Origin: Burkholderiales bacterium
GTDB taxonomy: Bacteria > Pseudomonadota > Gammaproteobacteria > Burkholderiales > JACQAP01
DNA: 54,324 nucleotides
Assembly: GCA_036000845.1 (NCBI GenBank)
Contig: DASYUW010000013.1
Coordinates: 1-54,324, forward strand
Reading direction: 5' to 3'
In this document: positions 26,434 through 35,861 of the stretch, one piece after another
How positions within the stretch are numbered: the first letter of the stretch is position 1
Layout of the letters: each line of letters begins with the position of its first letter
Made by a program: the position numbers and the translations under genes
Notes under the pieces: model-generated
Told to the model about the DNA's origin: nothing
Databases searched by the model: none
What the model saw: only the letters and a program-made list of their open reading frames with translations

Positions 26434-27843
26434 TCACCGCCCACGCCCGAGGACTACTACGCGCAGGGTCTTCAGCAGGATCGCAAAATCAAGCAGCAGC
26501 GAATAGTTCTTGATGTAGTACAGGTCGTACTGGAGCTTCTCGAGGGCGTCGTCCATCGATGCGCCGTAGGTGTACATGACCTGGGCCCAGCCGGTGATGC
26601 CGGGCCGGACCAGTTGGCGCAAGTCGTAGAAGGGGATCTGCTTTTCGAGCTCGCGGATGAAGACCGGACGCTCGGGGCGGGGGCCGATGAAGCTCATTTC
26701 CCCCTTGATCACGTTGATGAGCTGCGGCAGTTCGTCCAGACGCAGAATGCGGAGCAGGCGTCCGACCTTGGTGACGCGCGGGTCGTCGGCTGAAGTCCAT
26801 TGCGGCCCATCTCTTTCGGCGTCCACGTACATCGAACGAAACTTCAGGATCTCGAATTCCTTGCCGTTCAGCCCGGTCCGGGTCTGCCGGAACAACGCCG
26901 GGCCTCGGCTTTCCAGCCGCACGGCAACCGCGATGACCAGCATTAGGGGAAGGCAGACGATCAGCAGAATGACCGACACGGCGATGTCGAGCAGCCGCTT
27001 GAGCCGCAGCGCCAGTGCGTTGTGCAGCAGATCGAAGCCGTGCGCGAACAACAGCCATCCTCGCTGCGTGTGCATCACCGGCACCTTAAACCAGCGCTGT
27101 TCGTAGAAATCGGCAAGGTCGTATACCCGGAGGCCGGAGAACCGGGCTTTCATCAGCTTCTGGATCAGGACTTCGGAAAGTGGTGACAAGGGCGCCACGA
27201 TCACCCCGGACCAATCCTGCTTCAATACCGTTTCGAGGTCGTCCAGAGTGCCAACCACCCTCGGAAGCGCGTTGTCATGGTTCGGGGAGGATTCGGAAAG
27301 AAAGGAAAGCTCGGCTTCCGTATGCGCCTTCTGGAAGTCCTGATACAGCCGCGTTGCCTTTTCGCCCGTGCCCGCGACCAGCCACCTGGCCTTGCCGGTT
27401 TGCTGCCGCTGATAGCGCGACGCGTAGTGACGCCAGATGGGCGCCCAGACCGCGAAGATGAGATACGCAACCGGCATTACACCGCGGCCTACCGTCGAAT
27501 TCCCACTCCCCCAAAGTCCGAATGCGTAAATTGCAGCAGCGGTTACGATGGCGCCGAGCAGAACGGCCAACAGCGTGCGCGGGGCGGCGCGCATGCCCGC
27601 CACCTGGGTTTCCACCGAGTAGCAATCGAGAACATAGAGCGCCAGCACCAGCACCGCGATCGGCAGCAGGATGTCTAACGGCAGTCCGAGCGAGGAGCCG
27701 AGACGTAGCCAGTTCGCCAGGTTGAAGGCAAGGATCAGCCCGATGAGATCTGCCAACAGAAGCAGCAGCGCGATGCGCCTCGGCAGCAGATGGATGTCCG
27801 CCATCGCCGGCTCTCGATTGTCAGGAGCGGGGGCGCCAGCCAT
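26434..27843 (-). CDS. Polyprenyl-phosphate glycosyl-1-phosphate transferase (priming 'bacterial sugar transferase', WbaP/EpsB-like)
   Basis: Several N-terminal hydrophobic segments. The C-terminal domain reads FEILKFRSM, PRVTKVGRLLRILRLDELPQLINVIKGEMSFIGPRPERP and GITGWAQV. The start may be the internal MADIHLL (27804). Confidence 0.85.
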   Translation of the reverse strand: MAGAPAPDNREPAMADIHLLPRRIALLLLLADLIGLILAFNLANWLRLGSSLGLPLDILLPIAVLVLALYVLDCYSVETQVAGMRAAPRTLLAVLLGAIVTAAAIYAFGLWGSGNSTVGRGVMPVAYLIFAVWAPIWRHYASRYQRQQTGKARWLVAGTGEKATRLYQDFQKAHTEAELSFLSESSPNHDNALPRVVGTLDDLETVLKQDWSGVIVAPLSPLSEVLIQKLMKARFSGLRVYDLADFYEQRWFKVPVMHTQRGWLLFAHGFDLLHNALALRLKRLLDIAVSVILLIVCLPLMLVIAVAVRLESRGPALFRQTRTGLNGKEFEILKFRSMYVDAERDGPQWTSADDPRVTKVGRLLRILRLDELPQLINVIKGEMSFIGPRPERPVFIRELEKQIPFYDLRQLVRPGITGWAQVMYTYGASMDDALEKLQYDLYYIKNYSLLLDFAILLKTLRVVVLGRGR

Positions 27844-28049
27844 TCAGTTTCGATGATCCGTCAATTTACGTTCTCTTGAAAAGTGTGCCGGGCTCTCGCA
27901 CCAGCACCGAATTGCCTTCAGCACCGCCGCCACGCTGCGGGAATCATATAGAAATGAACATCCCCGGGCGAGCCCGCCGGAGATGACCAAACTAGCCTCG
28001 GCTGCAAGCAGATGGGTTCGAATAATGACGGCTGGAAGCCGACTGGATA

Positions 28050-28230
28050 CCCTTCTCCCCTCGGAAGAAAGGCCGGGGATGAGGGATGCAATTCTTGAAT
28101 CGAACAACCACATCGCCACTGCCACATATTCGCACCCTCACCCTGCACCCTCTCCCGGAGGGAGAGGGAAATTTGCTCAGGCGCGCTTCGTTCGCCTATC
28201 GCACGCTTTCTCTTCGCCTAAAGGCGAGGG
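28050..28230. repeat. GC-rich hairpin repeat cluster (same family as 6964-7047)
   Basis: cccttctcccctcggaagaaaggccggggatgaggg (28050-28085) is a degenerate copy. caccctcaccctgcaccctctcccggagggagaggg contains a perfect hairpin at 28148-28168. There is also a tcgcc-taaa-ggcga hairpin near 28213-28226. Confidence 0.7.
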
Positions 28231-28296
28231 GTTTCAACCATCCCCGAAGGAGACACTAACGGTTCCGGTTGCGGTCCACGTACAATCGCCCAAGGT

Positions 28297-29052
28297 TCAG
28301 ATGTATTGAGGCAGCTTGCGAAGAATTTTTCTTGCGATAAAGAGGGGGCTTACGCCGAGGCCGTTTTTCCTGCAGGACCGGTAGGCCTCGATGTTTCCCT
28401 TCAGGACATTCCTCACGCTGTTGTTGGTCCATCCGCCGACCCGCATCGTCACCAGTTCGCGTGGCAGATAAGTCGAACGCAACTGCTGCACGTGCAGCGC
28501 CCGCAACATGAAATCGAAATCGGCGGCAAACCGGTAGCGTGGTTCGAATAGCCCCACGCGCCCAAGCACACGGCGGCGGATGAAGAAGGTCGGATGCGGC
28601 GGCATCCAGCCCTGCTCGAACAGGCCCGGCCGGTACGGTTCGGACTTCCAGTGACGGACGATCCTGTTCAGGTCGCCCTTGTCCACGTAGAAGATGTCTC
28701 CGTAGCAGACGTCCACCGCGTCATCGTGAAAGACTTCCGCGACCATACCCAGGACATTTTCGTCCACGTAAACGTCGTCACTGTTGAGCGTCCCGATGAC
28801 ATCGCCCGTGGCCATCAACAGGCCCTTGTTCATCGCGGCGTAGATGCCTTCGTCGGGTTCGGAAACAAGTTTCGACAGGCTGCCGCGAAAGCGCCGCAGC
28901 ACCTCCAGGGTGCCGTCCGTCGAGGCGCCGTCCACCACGATGTGTTCGATGCGCGGGTACGTTTGCGTCGCCACGGATTCGATGGTGGCCGCTATGGTTT
29001 CCCGTGAATTGAACGAAACGGTGATGACGCTGATGGTGGGGCTGGTTTGCAT
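28297..29052 (-). CDS. Glycosyltransferase family 2
   Basis: The start is taken at ATG 29052 (MQTSPTISVITVSFNSRETIAATIESV). It has VVDGASTDGT and LNSDD. The 160-codon upstream extension in the ORF track overlaps the amidotransferase gene and is rejected. Confidence 0.8.
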   Translation of the reverse strand: MQTSPTISVITVSFNSRETIAATIESVATQTYPRIEHIVVDGASTDGTLEVLRRFRGSLSKLVSEPDEGIYAAMNKGLLMATGDVIGTLNSDDVYVDENVLGMVAEVFHDDAVDVCYGDIFYVDKGDLNRIVRHWKSEPYRPGLFEQGWMPPHPTFFIRRRVLGRVGLFEPRYRFAADFDFMLRALHVQQLRSTYLPRELVTMRVGGWTNNSVRNVLKGNIEAYRSCRKNGLGVSPLFIARKILRKLPQYI

Positions 29053-29066
29053 AAGGAGGAGATTTA

Positions 29067-30947
29067 CTAGATCGCTGGCGCTTGCCCGGTCACGCATTCG
29101 CGCAACCATAGTTCGGTGGAAAGCAGCCTGTACAAGTGATTTCCGAGCCCCGGCCGTCCCGACTCGAATAGTCTTATCAGACCTGCGATGCGCCCCTGAT
29201 CGCAGTACTCCCGGATCGCCGAGGCTGGGTTGAGCAGCAGGGTGCGCGGTATTTCCGCGTTGTGCTCCCTTAGCCAGTTCTCCGCCGGTGTCGGATAGCC
29301 TTGCTTGTCCATGCGAGCGGCAATCGCCCGCTGGCCTGTGGCGGCAAGGTACTCGCGAACGACACGCTTGGTCACGCCCCGCCCGATCTTGATCTCCGAT
29401 GGCTGGGAGAACGCCCACTCGATCAGACGGTAGTCCATGAAGGGCAGTCTGGTTTCGATGGCGTGGGCCATGCTTATTGCGTCCCCGTATTGCAGGAGGC
29501 CCGGCAGAATCCGGGAAGAATGGTCGCGCCACAGGCGTTCGTTGAGCGGGTCGGGATAGCGAACACCGGGGACATTCTGCATGTCGGCCTCGGTAGACGC
29601 GATGCGCAGCGTGTCACACAAGGTGGAGCCGGCACTCGCGCGATTGCGGTTCCATTGAATCAACCCTGGAAAAGCCTCGCGCAGAACCCACAACGCGGTC
29701 CACTTCGGCGAGAAGGACGCCATCGCGCCGCGAACCGCCGAGGAGAGCTCGCGCAGCACCGCCCCGGTCGGCCTCCTCGCCGCGCGCTTCAGGGCGGAAA
29801 GGATGGCCAGCGCCGCGTACTGGGCATATCCGCCGAACGCCTCGTCCGCGCCTTGCCCTTCCAGCAGGACCGGCGTTTCCCGCCGCCGGGCCTCCTGCAT
29901 GATCGCCCACAGGGGGAAAACCGCGGGAGAGTAGCCCGGCCCGTCCAGATGCCAGCCGATCCGGCGCAGCAGTTCCACCCATTGTCCCTTTTGCGCGGGG
30001 ACCTCGATCGGCTCGATGTCGTAAAGTGCCGCCGCCTGGCGGGCCCAGGCCGCCTCGCCCTCGCCATGTTCTCCATAAACGGAGGTGAAACAGACCGGAT
30101 GCTTCGCGGAGGTCCTGACCGATGCCGCCAGCACGGCAGTCGAGTCGATTCCGCCCGACAGGGTGATTCCGACCGGTACGTCGCTACGATGGCGCAACCG
30201 GACCGCATCCTCGAACAACTCCGCGAATTGCTCCACCGCCTCGCGCCCGTCATGCGCCGCCGTCGCTGCGTCACGATAGTCCCAGTATTTCCAAATCCGC
30301 GGGCTGTTGCGGCCGACCTGTACTTCCCCGCAATGCGCCGGCGGAAGAACTTTGACGCCGCGATAAAAACTCGAATCGGAAGCGTACAAGTGGCCCCAGG
30401 TCAAAAATTGCGCGAGCGTGGTCGTATCCACCGCGCGTAGCCGCGGGAACAGTTTGAGGATCGCTTTCGGCTCGGAGGCAAAGGCAAACCCGCCATGTTC
30501 GGCGTAGTAGAACGGCTTCACGCCGAACCGGTCACGCGCGAAAAAAAGCCTTCGCTGCGCCGGGAGCCAGATCGCGAAGGCCCACATTCCGTTCAGGCGC
30601 CGCAGGCAATCGCTTCCCCAGGCAAGGTAGGCGTGCAGCAGCACTTCGGTGTCGGAACGGCTGACGAACCGGTGGCCGAGCGCTTCGAGTTCCTTGCGCA
30701 ACTCAAGGTAGTTGTAGATCTCCCCGTTGAAGACGATCACGGCGCCGCTTCCGGCCTCGATCATGGGTTGATGCCCGGCCGGGCTCAAATCGAGAATCGA
30801 CAGCCGCTGGTGGCCAAGCAGCATTTCCGCGTCGGAGAAAATGCCCCGGTCATCGGGTCCGCGGTGCGCCAACTCATCCAGAGCGGCGGAGAAGGCCTGC
30901 GCCTGCACCGAACCCTGCGGGCCGAGAAATCCGAGGATTCCGCACAT
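29067..30947 (-). CDS. Asparagine synthase-type glutamine amidotransferase (AsnB/WbpS-like)
   Basis: MCGI N-terminal nucleophile, HRGPDD, FNGEIYNY and SDTEVLL, then the SGGIDS PP-loop. 626 aa. Confidence 0.85.
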   Translation of the reverse strand: MCGILGFLGPQGSVQAQAFSAALDELAHRGPDDRGIFSDAEMLLGHQRLSILDLSPAGHQPMIEAGSGAVIVFNGEIYNYLELRKELEALGHRFVSRSDTEVLLHAYLAWGSDCLRRLNGMWAFAIWLPAQRRLFFARDRFGVKPFYYAEHGGFAFASEPKAILKLFPRLRAVDTTTLAQFLTWGHLYASDSSFYRGVKVLPPAHCGEVQVGRNSPRIWKYWDYRDAATAAHDGREAVEQFAELFEDAVRLRHRSDVPVGITLSGGIDSTAVLAASVRTSAKHPVCFTSVYGEHGEGEAAWARQAAALYDIEPIEVPAQKGQWVELLRRIGWHLDGPGYSPAVFPLWAIMQEARRRETPVLLEGQGADEAFGGYAQYAALAILSALKRAARRPTGAVLRELSSAVRGAMASFSPKWTALWVLREAFPGLIQWNRNRASAGSTLCDTLRIASTEADMQNVPGVRYPDPLNERLWRDHSSRILPGLLQYGDAISMAHAIETRLPFMDYRLIEWAFSQPSEIKIGRGVTKRVVREYLAATGQRAIAARMDKQGYPTPAENWLREHNAEIPRTLLLNPASAIREYCDQGRIAGLIRLFESGRPGLGNHLYRLLSTELWLRECVTGQAPAI

Positions 30948-30948
30948 G

Positions 30949-31866
30949 TCAGGCCCGGTCCTTTCTGATGCCGAGTGCGCGACGCATCAACGCCCTTGCC
31001 AGATAGAAGAAATGCCCGCCGGCGAGCATCAGCGCAATACGCCTGGCCTGCAGCAGACGAACCTGCCACTCGGACAACTGCCTGCCGCGGACGGCCAGCT
31101 CGCGTTCTTCCCGGCAGCGCGCCGAGATCATGGTCGATTTGGCCTGCCGGTGGATGCGGAAACCGCCGAGAACGCGGTCGACGTGATCCGCTCTCCTTTG
31201 CTCCAGAACCCTCACGAACCACTCGTAGTCGAATGCGCAGACCATGTCTTCATTGAGCCAGCCGATCTGTTCGTGCATGCGTCGGCGCCAGAAAGCCGCC
31301 TGGTTGGTGAGCACCATCCCTTCCGCAAGCAACGCCTTGAACGTGGGCCGGACAAAACGCAGATCGGTAAGGACACGGTCGTCCTCATCGATCAGGTTGA
31401 TGTTGCCGATGATCAGATCGGCTTCCGGCCGACTGAGGCTGCGCATCGCGACGGCCGCAAAGGCGCCTGGGTAGAAGATGTCGTCGGAGTTCTGCCACGC
31501 AAGCCAGTCGCCAGTCGCGCGCTTCAAGCCCTTGTTGATCGCATCGGCCTGCCCATGGTCGGGCACGGAAACCCAGAACGTGATCCAGCGCTCGTACTTC
31601 CTGATGATCTCGACTGAGCCGTCGGTGCTGCCGCCGTCGATGACTATGTACTCGAGATTCGGATAGCCCTGCAACAGCACCGATCGGATCGTTCTTTCGA
31701 GGTAGGACGCCTGATTGTAGGAGGGCGTCACCACGGTAAGCCGCGGCCAGCCGCCCGCCGGCTCACGAATCGCCCGGGCTGCGCCGGATTGCCACGGCCA
31801 TCCGGCCTGAGCCGCGGGTGGCAGCGGCTGATCGGGCATCGCCTGCGTTCGATCAGTCGTGTTCAA
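30949..31866 (-). CDS. Glycosyltransferase family 2
   Basis: LTVVTPSYNQASYLERTIRSV, IVIDGGSTDGS and WQNSDD. Confidence 0.8.
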   Translation of the reverse strand: MNTTDRTQAMPDQPLPPAAQAGWPWQSGAARAIREPAGGWPRLTVVTPSYNQASYLERTIRSVLLQGYPNLEYIVIDGGSTDGSVEIIRKYERWITFWVSVPDHGQADAINKGLKRATGDWLAWQNSDDIFYPGAFAAVAMRSLSRPEADLIIGNINLIDEDDRVLTDLRFVRPTFKALLAEGMVLTNQAAFWRRRMHEQIGWLNEDMVCAFDYEWFVRVLEQRRADHVDRVLGGFRIHRQAKSTMISARCREERELAVRGRQLSEWQVRLLQARRIALMLAGGHFFYLARALMRRALGIRKDRA

Positions 31867-33125
31867 CTGGGTTGACTCGCGGCGAGAATGGTCCGGTATA
31901 GCTCGGCATGCCGATGCGCCACCCTGGACATTTCAAACTCGTCCACGGCCTTCTCTCTAGCGCGTGCGCCAAGCGCACGCCGGCGTGCTTCGTCGGCCAC
32001 GACCCAACTCAGCCCCTCGGCGAGATCCGCCGCGTCGAAGGGCCGCGCCAGAAAACCGTTGCGCCCGTGCTCGATCATGTCCGGCATCCCGCCGATGTCG
32101 AACGCCACGCACGGCGTCCCGCAGGCCAGCGCCTCCATGACGGTATTGGAAAGGTTCTCCTGTATGGATGGCGCCACGAACACGTCGGCCGCGGCATAGA
32201 GCGCGGCAAGACTCGCATCGTCATTCAGACGCCCGACGTATATGCATGCCATCCCGAATTCCGGCGGTCTCTGCGGTGCGGATGCGCCGAAAACCACGGC
32301 CTTGTACTCCGACGCGCCAGCGCGTTCCACCAGCAACCGCAGCACAGTTTGCAGATGGCTGAACCCCTTACGCGGCTCGTCCGCGCCGTGCTCCGCGCCG
32401 AACAGAATCAGCTTGCTGTCTCCCGGGAGTCCAAGCAGATCCCGTGCGGCATTCTTTTCAATCGGGCGAAAGCAATCCGTGTCGATGGCATTGGGTATGA
32501 CCGAGACGGGAAATCCGGCGAGCAGCGGGCTGCGTCGCGCCAGTTCTCCCAGCCACCGGCTCGGCGTCACGATGGTGAGCGGCAAATCGCGGTAAGCGCG
32601 CGCCTTGCGAGTAAAACCCAGCGACGAAAGATCGCGACTCGAATTGGAGCCGAGAATCGGACAGGATCCGCACCCGGACAGATAGCGGCCGCAACCGTCA
32701 TCGTAATGGCAGCCGCCGGTGAAAGCCCACATGTCGTGCAAGGTCCAAACCAGCGGGAGGCGGTACTTTCTCAGCGTCTTCACGTTCACGAATCCGCCCG
32801 TGATCCAGTGCAGGTGAACCAGGTCCGGCGCGATTTCCTGCACGCGGCTGCGAGAGCGGTCCGGCAACCATCCGGGATAGAACGTCCTTCGGGTCCGCCC
32901 GGCAGGGTAGGCATAGACAGGCAGCAAATCCAGCGCCTGGCGCACCCGGCCTGCGAGCCGGCCGAAAGCAGTCCGGGGTCCGACGACGGAAGTATCTTCT
33001 CCGTCCTTGACCTGCACCAGCATCGACGAGTCGACCCCGATCGATCTGAGGCCGGCGTGCAAGCGGTATGCGGCACGCGCCGCCCCGCCCCTAAGATCGT
33101 TCGAGTTCACCAGCAACGGCTTCAT
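31863..33125 (-). CDS. Glycosyltransferase family 4 (GT-B)
   Basis: 420 aa. The C-terminal ENLSNTVMEALACGTPCVAFDIGG is the E-x7-E region. It has a 4-nt overlap with the downstream gene. Confidence 0.75.
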   Translation of the reverse strand: MKPLLVNSNDLRGGAARAAYRLHAGLRSIGVDSSMLVQVKDGEDTSVVGPRTAFGRLAGRVRQALDLLPVYAYPAGRTRRTFYPGWLPDRSRSRVQEIAPDLVHLHWITGGFVNVKTLRKYRLPLVWTLHDMWAFTGGCHYDDGCGRYLSGCGSCPILGSNSSRDLSSLGFTRKARAYRDLPLTIVTPSRWLGELARRSPLLAGFPVSVIPNAIDTDCFRPIEKNAARDLLGLPGDSKLILFGAEHGADEPRKGFSHLQTVLRLLVERAGASEYKAVVFGASAPQRPPEFGMACIYVGRLNDDASLAALYAAADVFVAPSIQENLSNTVMEALACGTPCVAFDIGGMPDMIEHGRNGFLARPFDAADLAEGLSWVVADEARRRALGARAREKAVDEFEMSRVAHRHAELYRTILAASQPS

Positions 33126-33167
33126 GGGATGGACCGCTGCTGCGGATTGCGGGAAAGCCTCCCGCAG

Positions 33168-33950
33168 TCATCGCCACTTGACGGCATAACGTCCGGTGTA
33201 ATCGATTTTCTGCAGGAACAGCGGAACGTTGTGCTCCCTGAGGTACTCGTCGACTGCCCGGCGCGCGCCCACCCAGTGGCCGTAGTCGTCCAGTATCAGC
33301 ACTCCGCCGACGCAAAGTCGCGGAAAAAGATGAATCATCTCGTGGCGGGTGGATTCGTACCAGTCGGTGTCCAGGCGCAGCAGCGCGATGCGTTCCGGGG
33401 CGGCCGCGGGAATGGTGTCCTCCACGCGCCCCTTGATGTAATGGATCTTCGATCCGTCGTAGCCGACGCTTGCCATCGCCTGCCGGACCACATCCAGTGG
33501 AGCGCGGCACCAGACCGATTCGGCGTCCTCCCGGTCAATGCTTGCGGCCATCAGGTCGGCCGCGGTTTCGCCGGTCAATGCTAAGTCCTCCCCGGTCGGT
33601 GCGGTCATTCCCTCGAAGGTATCGAACAGGTACAGATCGCGCGTCCTGTCACCCAGCTCGAGCAGGGTTCTGGCCACCGCCATCATGCTTCCGCCTTTCC
33701 AGACACCGCACTCGACGATATCGCCGGGAATTAGATTGGCGACGACGTAGCGAACGGCGTCACAGAGCGCCGCCACCCTCTGATCCGAGGTCATGGTGTA
33801 CGGGCGCACGGCGTCAATGGTTTGCGCGGTGATTTCATCCACCCCCTTGAGCACGGGCGGATAGGGAACGATATCGACGCCGAACCGGCGCGCGAGGTTT
33901 CTCAGAGGCCGCAGCAGGGAGGTGAGTCCGGGCATCGTTTGTCCTGGCAC
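33168..33950 (-). CDS. TylF/MycF-family O-methyltransferase
   Basis: GDIVECGVWKGGS, LYLFDTFEGM, LLRLDTDWYEST and VLILDDYG are macrocin-O-methyltransferase family blocks. Confidence 0.8.
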   Translation of the reverse strand: MPGQTMPGLTSLLRPLRNLARRFGVDIVPYPPVLKGVDEITAQTIDAVRPYTMTSDQRVAALCDAVRYVVANLIPGDIVECGVWKGGSMMAVARTLLELGDRTRDLYLFDTFEGMTAPTGEDLALTGETAADLMAASIDREDAESVWCRAPLDVVRQAMASVGYDGSKIHYIKGRVEDTIPAAAPERIALLRLDTDWYESTRHEMIHLFPRLCVGGVLILDDYGHWVGARRAVDEYLREHNVPLFLQKIDYTGRYAVKWR

Positions 33951-33952
33951 CG

Positions 33953-34825
33953 TCAGACGCCGGCGCGCTCGGCCTCCATGAACAGCGAATCCGGTTTGCG
34001 AATGTGTTTTCTTTCATCCACGTCCAGCGCATACGACGCAAATCCGGAGATAGCGCTTTCGAACGCGGTACGACGACGCACGTTCACAAAGCCGGCATCC
34101 TTCAAGGCACGGCCGAGCGAGAACGAATCGTACATCCAACGGTGCACCTCGCCTGATTGGCGGAAAACGCCCTCCAGGTATGCGGCTCTCGCTATTCGCC
34201 CTCCCAATACGCCGATCAGGACGCCTGCAACACGCACGCCCACAGCTTCCACCAGCCACCGCAGCCCTCGCGCGCGAATCCTGTCCAGCAGCCGCGACGC
34301 AAGCGGCGCGCTTGACTCCTGCCATGCGCGCTCCGCTTCCGCGCCGATCCGCGACAGCACGAATTCCCGGTTCGGCAAATCCGGGGCGGCCAGAAACCCG
34401 GATGTTTCCCCTCCGCTGCGATCGCGAACCGCCTGGTCGTACATCTCCAGCATGATCCAGTCGTAGTCGGCCGCGCTCGCGCCAGGTTCACGATTGAGCT
34501 GGTCCAGCAAGCGCAGATACTCCTTTGCCAACGTCTCCAGATCCGGCACCACCACCCGGATCACGCCGCCCGGGCGCAACACCCTGCGCATGTGCAGCAG
34601 GAGGCTCGCGGCCTGCTGTCGCGGCAAATGCTCCAGCAAATGGGAGCAATACACCGCATCGAAGGCCTGATCGGCGAAAGGCAGGCCCTTGCGTACGTCG
34701 ACCGCCATGACCGCGGCGGATACCGGCACCACGTCGACATTGAGCCAGTCGGAGTGATAGTTCGATCCGCAGCCTACGTTCAAGAGCCTGCGCCCGGCGC
34801 GGGCAGGTTCGGCGGCGGGCGCCAT
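33953..34825 (-). CDS. Class I SAM-dependent methyltransferase (type 11-like)
   Basis: ATG 34825 with aaggaga 7 nt upstream. It has LLNVGCGSN, FDAVYCSHLLEHL and LRPGGVIRVVVPD. Confidence 0.75.
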   Translation of the reverse strand: MAPAAEPARAGRRLLNVGCGSNYHSDWLNVDVVPVSAAVMAVDVRKGLPFADQAFDAVYCSHLLEHLPRQQAASLLLHMRRVLRPGGVIRVVVPDLETLAKEYLRLLDQLNREPGASAADYDWIMLEMYDQAVRDRSGGETSGFLAAPDLPNREFVLSRIGAEAERAWQESSAPLASRLLDRIRARGLRWLVEAVGVRVAGVLIGVLGGRIARAAYLEGVFRQSGEVHRWMYDSFSLGRALKDAGFVNVRRRTAFESAISGFASYALDVDERKHIRKPDSLFMEAERAGV

Positions 34826-34871
34826 CGAAAGATCTCCTTGTGGATTCACGGGGAAGCGTCGAGAGAGGATT

Positions 34872-35861
34872 CTATCCGCGGCCGAGCCGGACCATGACTG
34901 CCTTCGCGGCCCTCTTCCACCAGGGGGCAGGCACGAAGATCGTCCGCTGCGTAAACTCGTCCACGTGTTCGTCCCGGACCACATCGAGAGGATGCCTCAG
35001 CGGAAAACGCATCGCCTCGCTCGGCAATGCGGCCAGCCGGTTGCCGCGATTGCGGTTGTGCGTCGCCAGTCCGCCGAAACCAATGTTGGAGACCAGGTTG
35101 ACGCCGGGCAGGACCGTCAGTCCGTCGTTGACCCACGCCGAGAATGTCCAGCGGTAGGCCCACGAGGAATTGCGTTCGCCAAAGGTGTCGTCGAATATCC
35201 GCGTCCAGTAGCCTGCGGCGACCCGGTCCTTCAGCAAGTCAAGCAGCCAGCCCTGGCCACGCAATTCCGGCCAACGCGACATCCGATGATCGTATAGACG
35301 CCAAGCCCTGCGCCAGCTCGCCCAGCCCCAGATATGCGTATAGCGCGAAAAATAATAGCTGTCGTCGCTGCGCCGCAAGCCGAACTGAAAGTTGTCGCCG
35401 GAGATCATCAGGATGCGCTCGTCGCCCCGGTAGCGCTCGAGCAATTCGGCTGCGAACGGGAAGAAGGACGGATGCGCGACGCAGTCATCTTCGAGAATAA
35501 TTCCGGCTTCGATACTGTCGAAGAACCAGGTGATCGCCTCGCTGACCGCCGTCTTGCAGCCGAGATTCTTTTCCCTGAAAAGAGTCCGAACATCGCAATC
35601 CCAGTCGACCGTGTCGATGAGCCGGCGTACCGCCGCCACCTGTTCGTTTTCTCCCTGCCTGTTTGCGCGCGGCCCGTCCACGGCAAAGAAGATCGCGCCC
35701 GGCCTGACTGGGCGCAACGATTCCAGCACGCGCCGCGTGGTCTCCGGCCGGTTGAATGCCAACACCAGCACGGGTGGACAAGACACCTTTTCGAGAACGC
35801 GGCCTGGGGGCGCGTGCACCTTCGGTCTGGCCGGCTGCAGCCCGGCATCATCGATCGGCAC
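34872..35861 (-). CDS. GT-A glycosyltransferase, GnT-I (GT13)-like
   Basis: VLVLAFNRPETTRRVLESL, FAVDGP and GIILEDDCVAHPSFFPFAAELLERY resemble the EDD region of GlcNAc-transferase I. It is a paralog of 40146-41069. The start is uncertain (GTG 35861 chosen). Confidence 0.55.
   Translation of the reverse strand: MPIDDAGLQPARPKVHAPPGRVLEKVSCPPVLVLAFNRPETTRRVLESLRPVRPGAIFFAVDGPRANRQGENEQVAAVRRLIDTVDWDCDVRTLFREKNLGCKTAVSEAITWFFDSIEAGIILEDDCVAHPSFFPFAAELLERYRGDERILMISGDNFQFGLRRSDDSYYFSRYTHIWGWASWRRAWRLYDHRMSRWPELRGQGWLLDLLKDRVAAGYWTRIFDDTFGERNSSWAYRWTFSAWVNDGLTVLPGVNLVSNIGFGGLATHNRNRGNRLAALPSEAMRFPLRHPLDVVRDEHVDEFTQRTIFVPAPWWKRAAKAVMVRLGRG

Noticed and set aside
28297-29532. Long N-terminal extensions in the ORF track (411-aa form here; likewise 44199-45992, 47225-48139, 52167-53204, 33953-34984, 37942-38907, 1078-2064)
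   Set aside because: The extensions overlap the preceding gene in another frame and are Arg/Pro/Gly-rich. Internal starts give N-termini that match the family norm (for example ISVITVSFN for GT2 and KIYVAGHRG for Fcl).
31908-33584. 558-aa plus-strand ORF opposite the GT4 and TylF genes (similar cases include 25180-26217, 35530-36750, 29301-30440 and 44811-45695)
   Set aside because: All are antisense or alternative-frame shadows of genes with clear motifs, and none has a recognisable domain.
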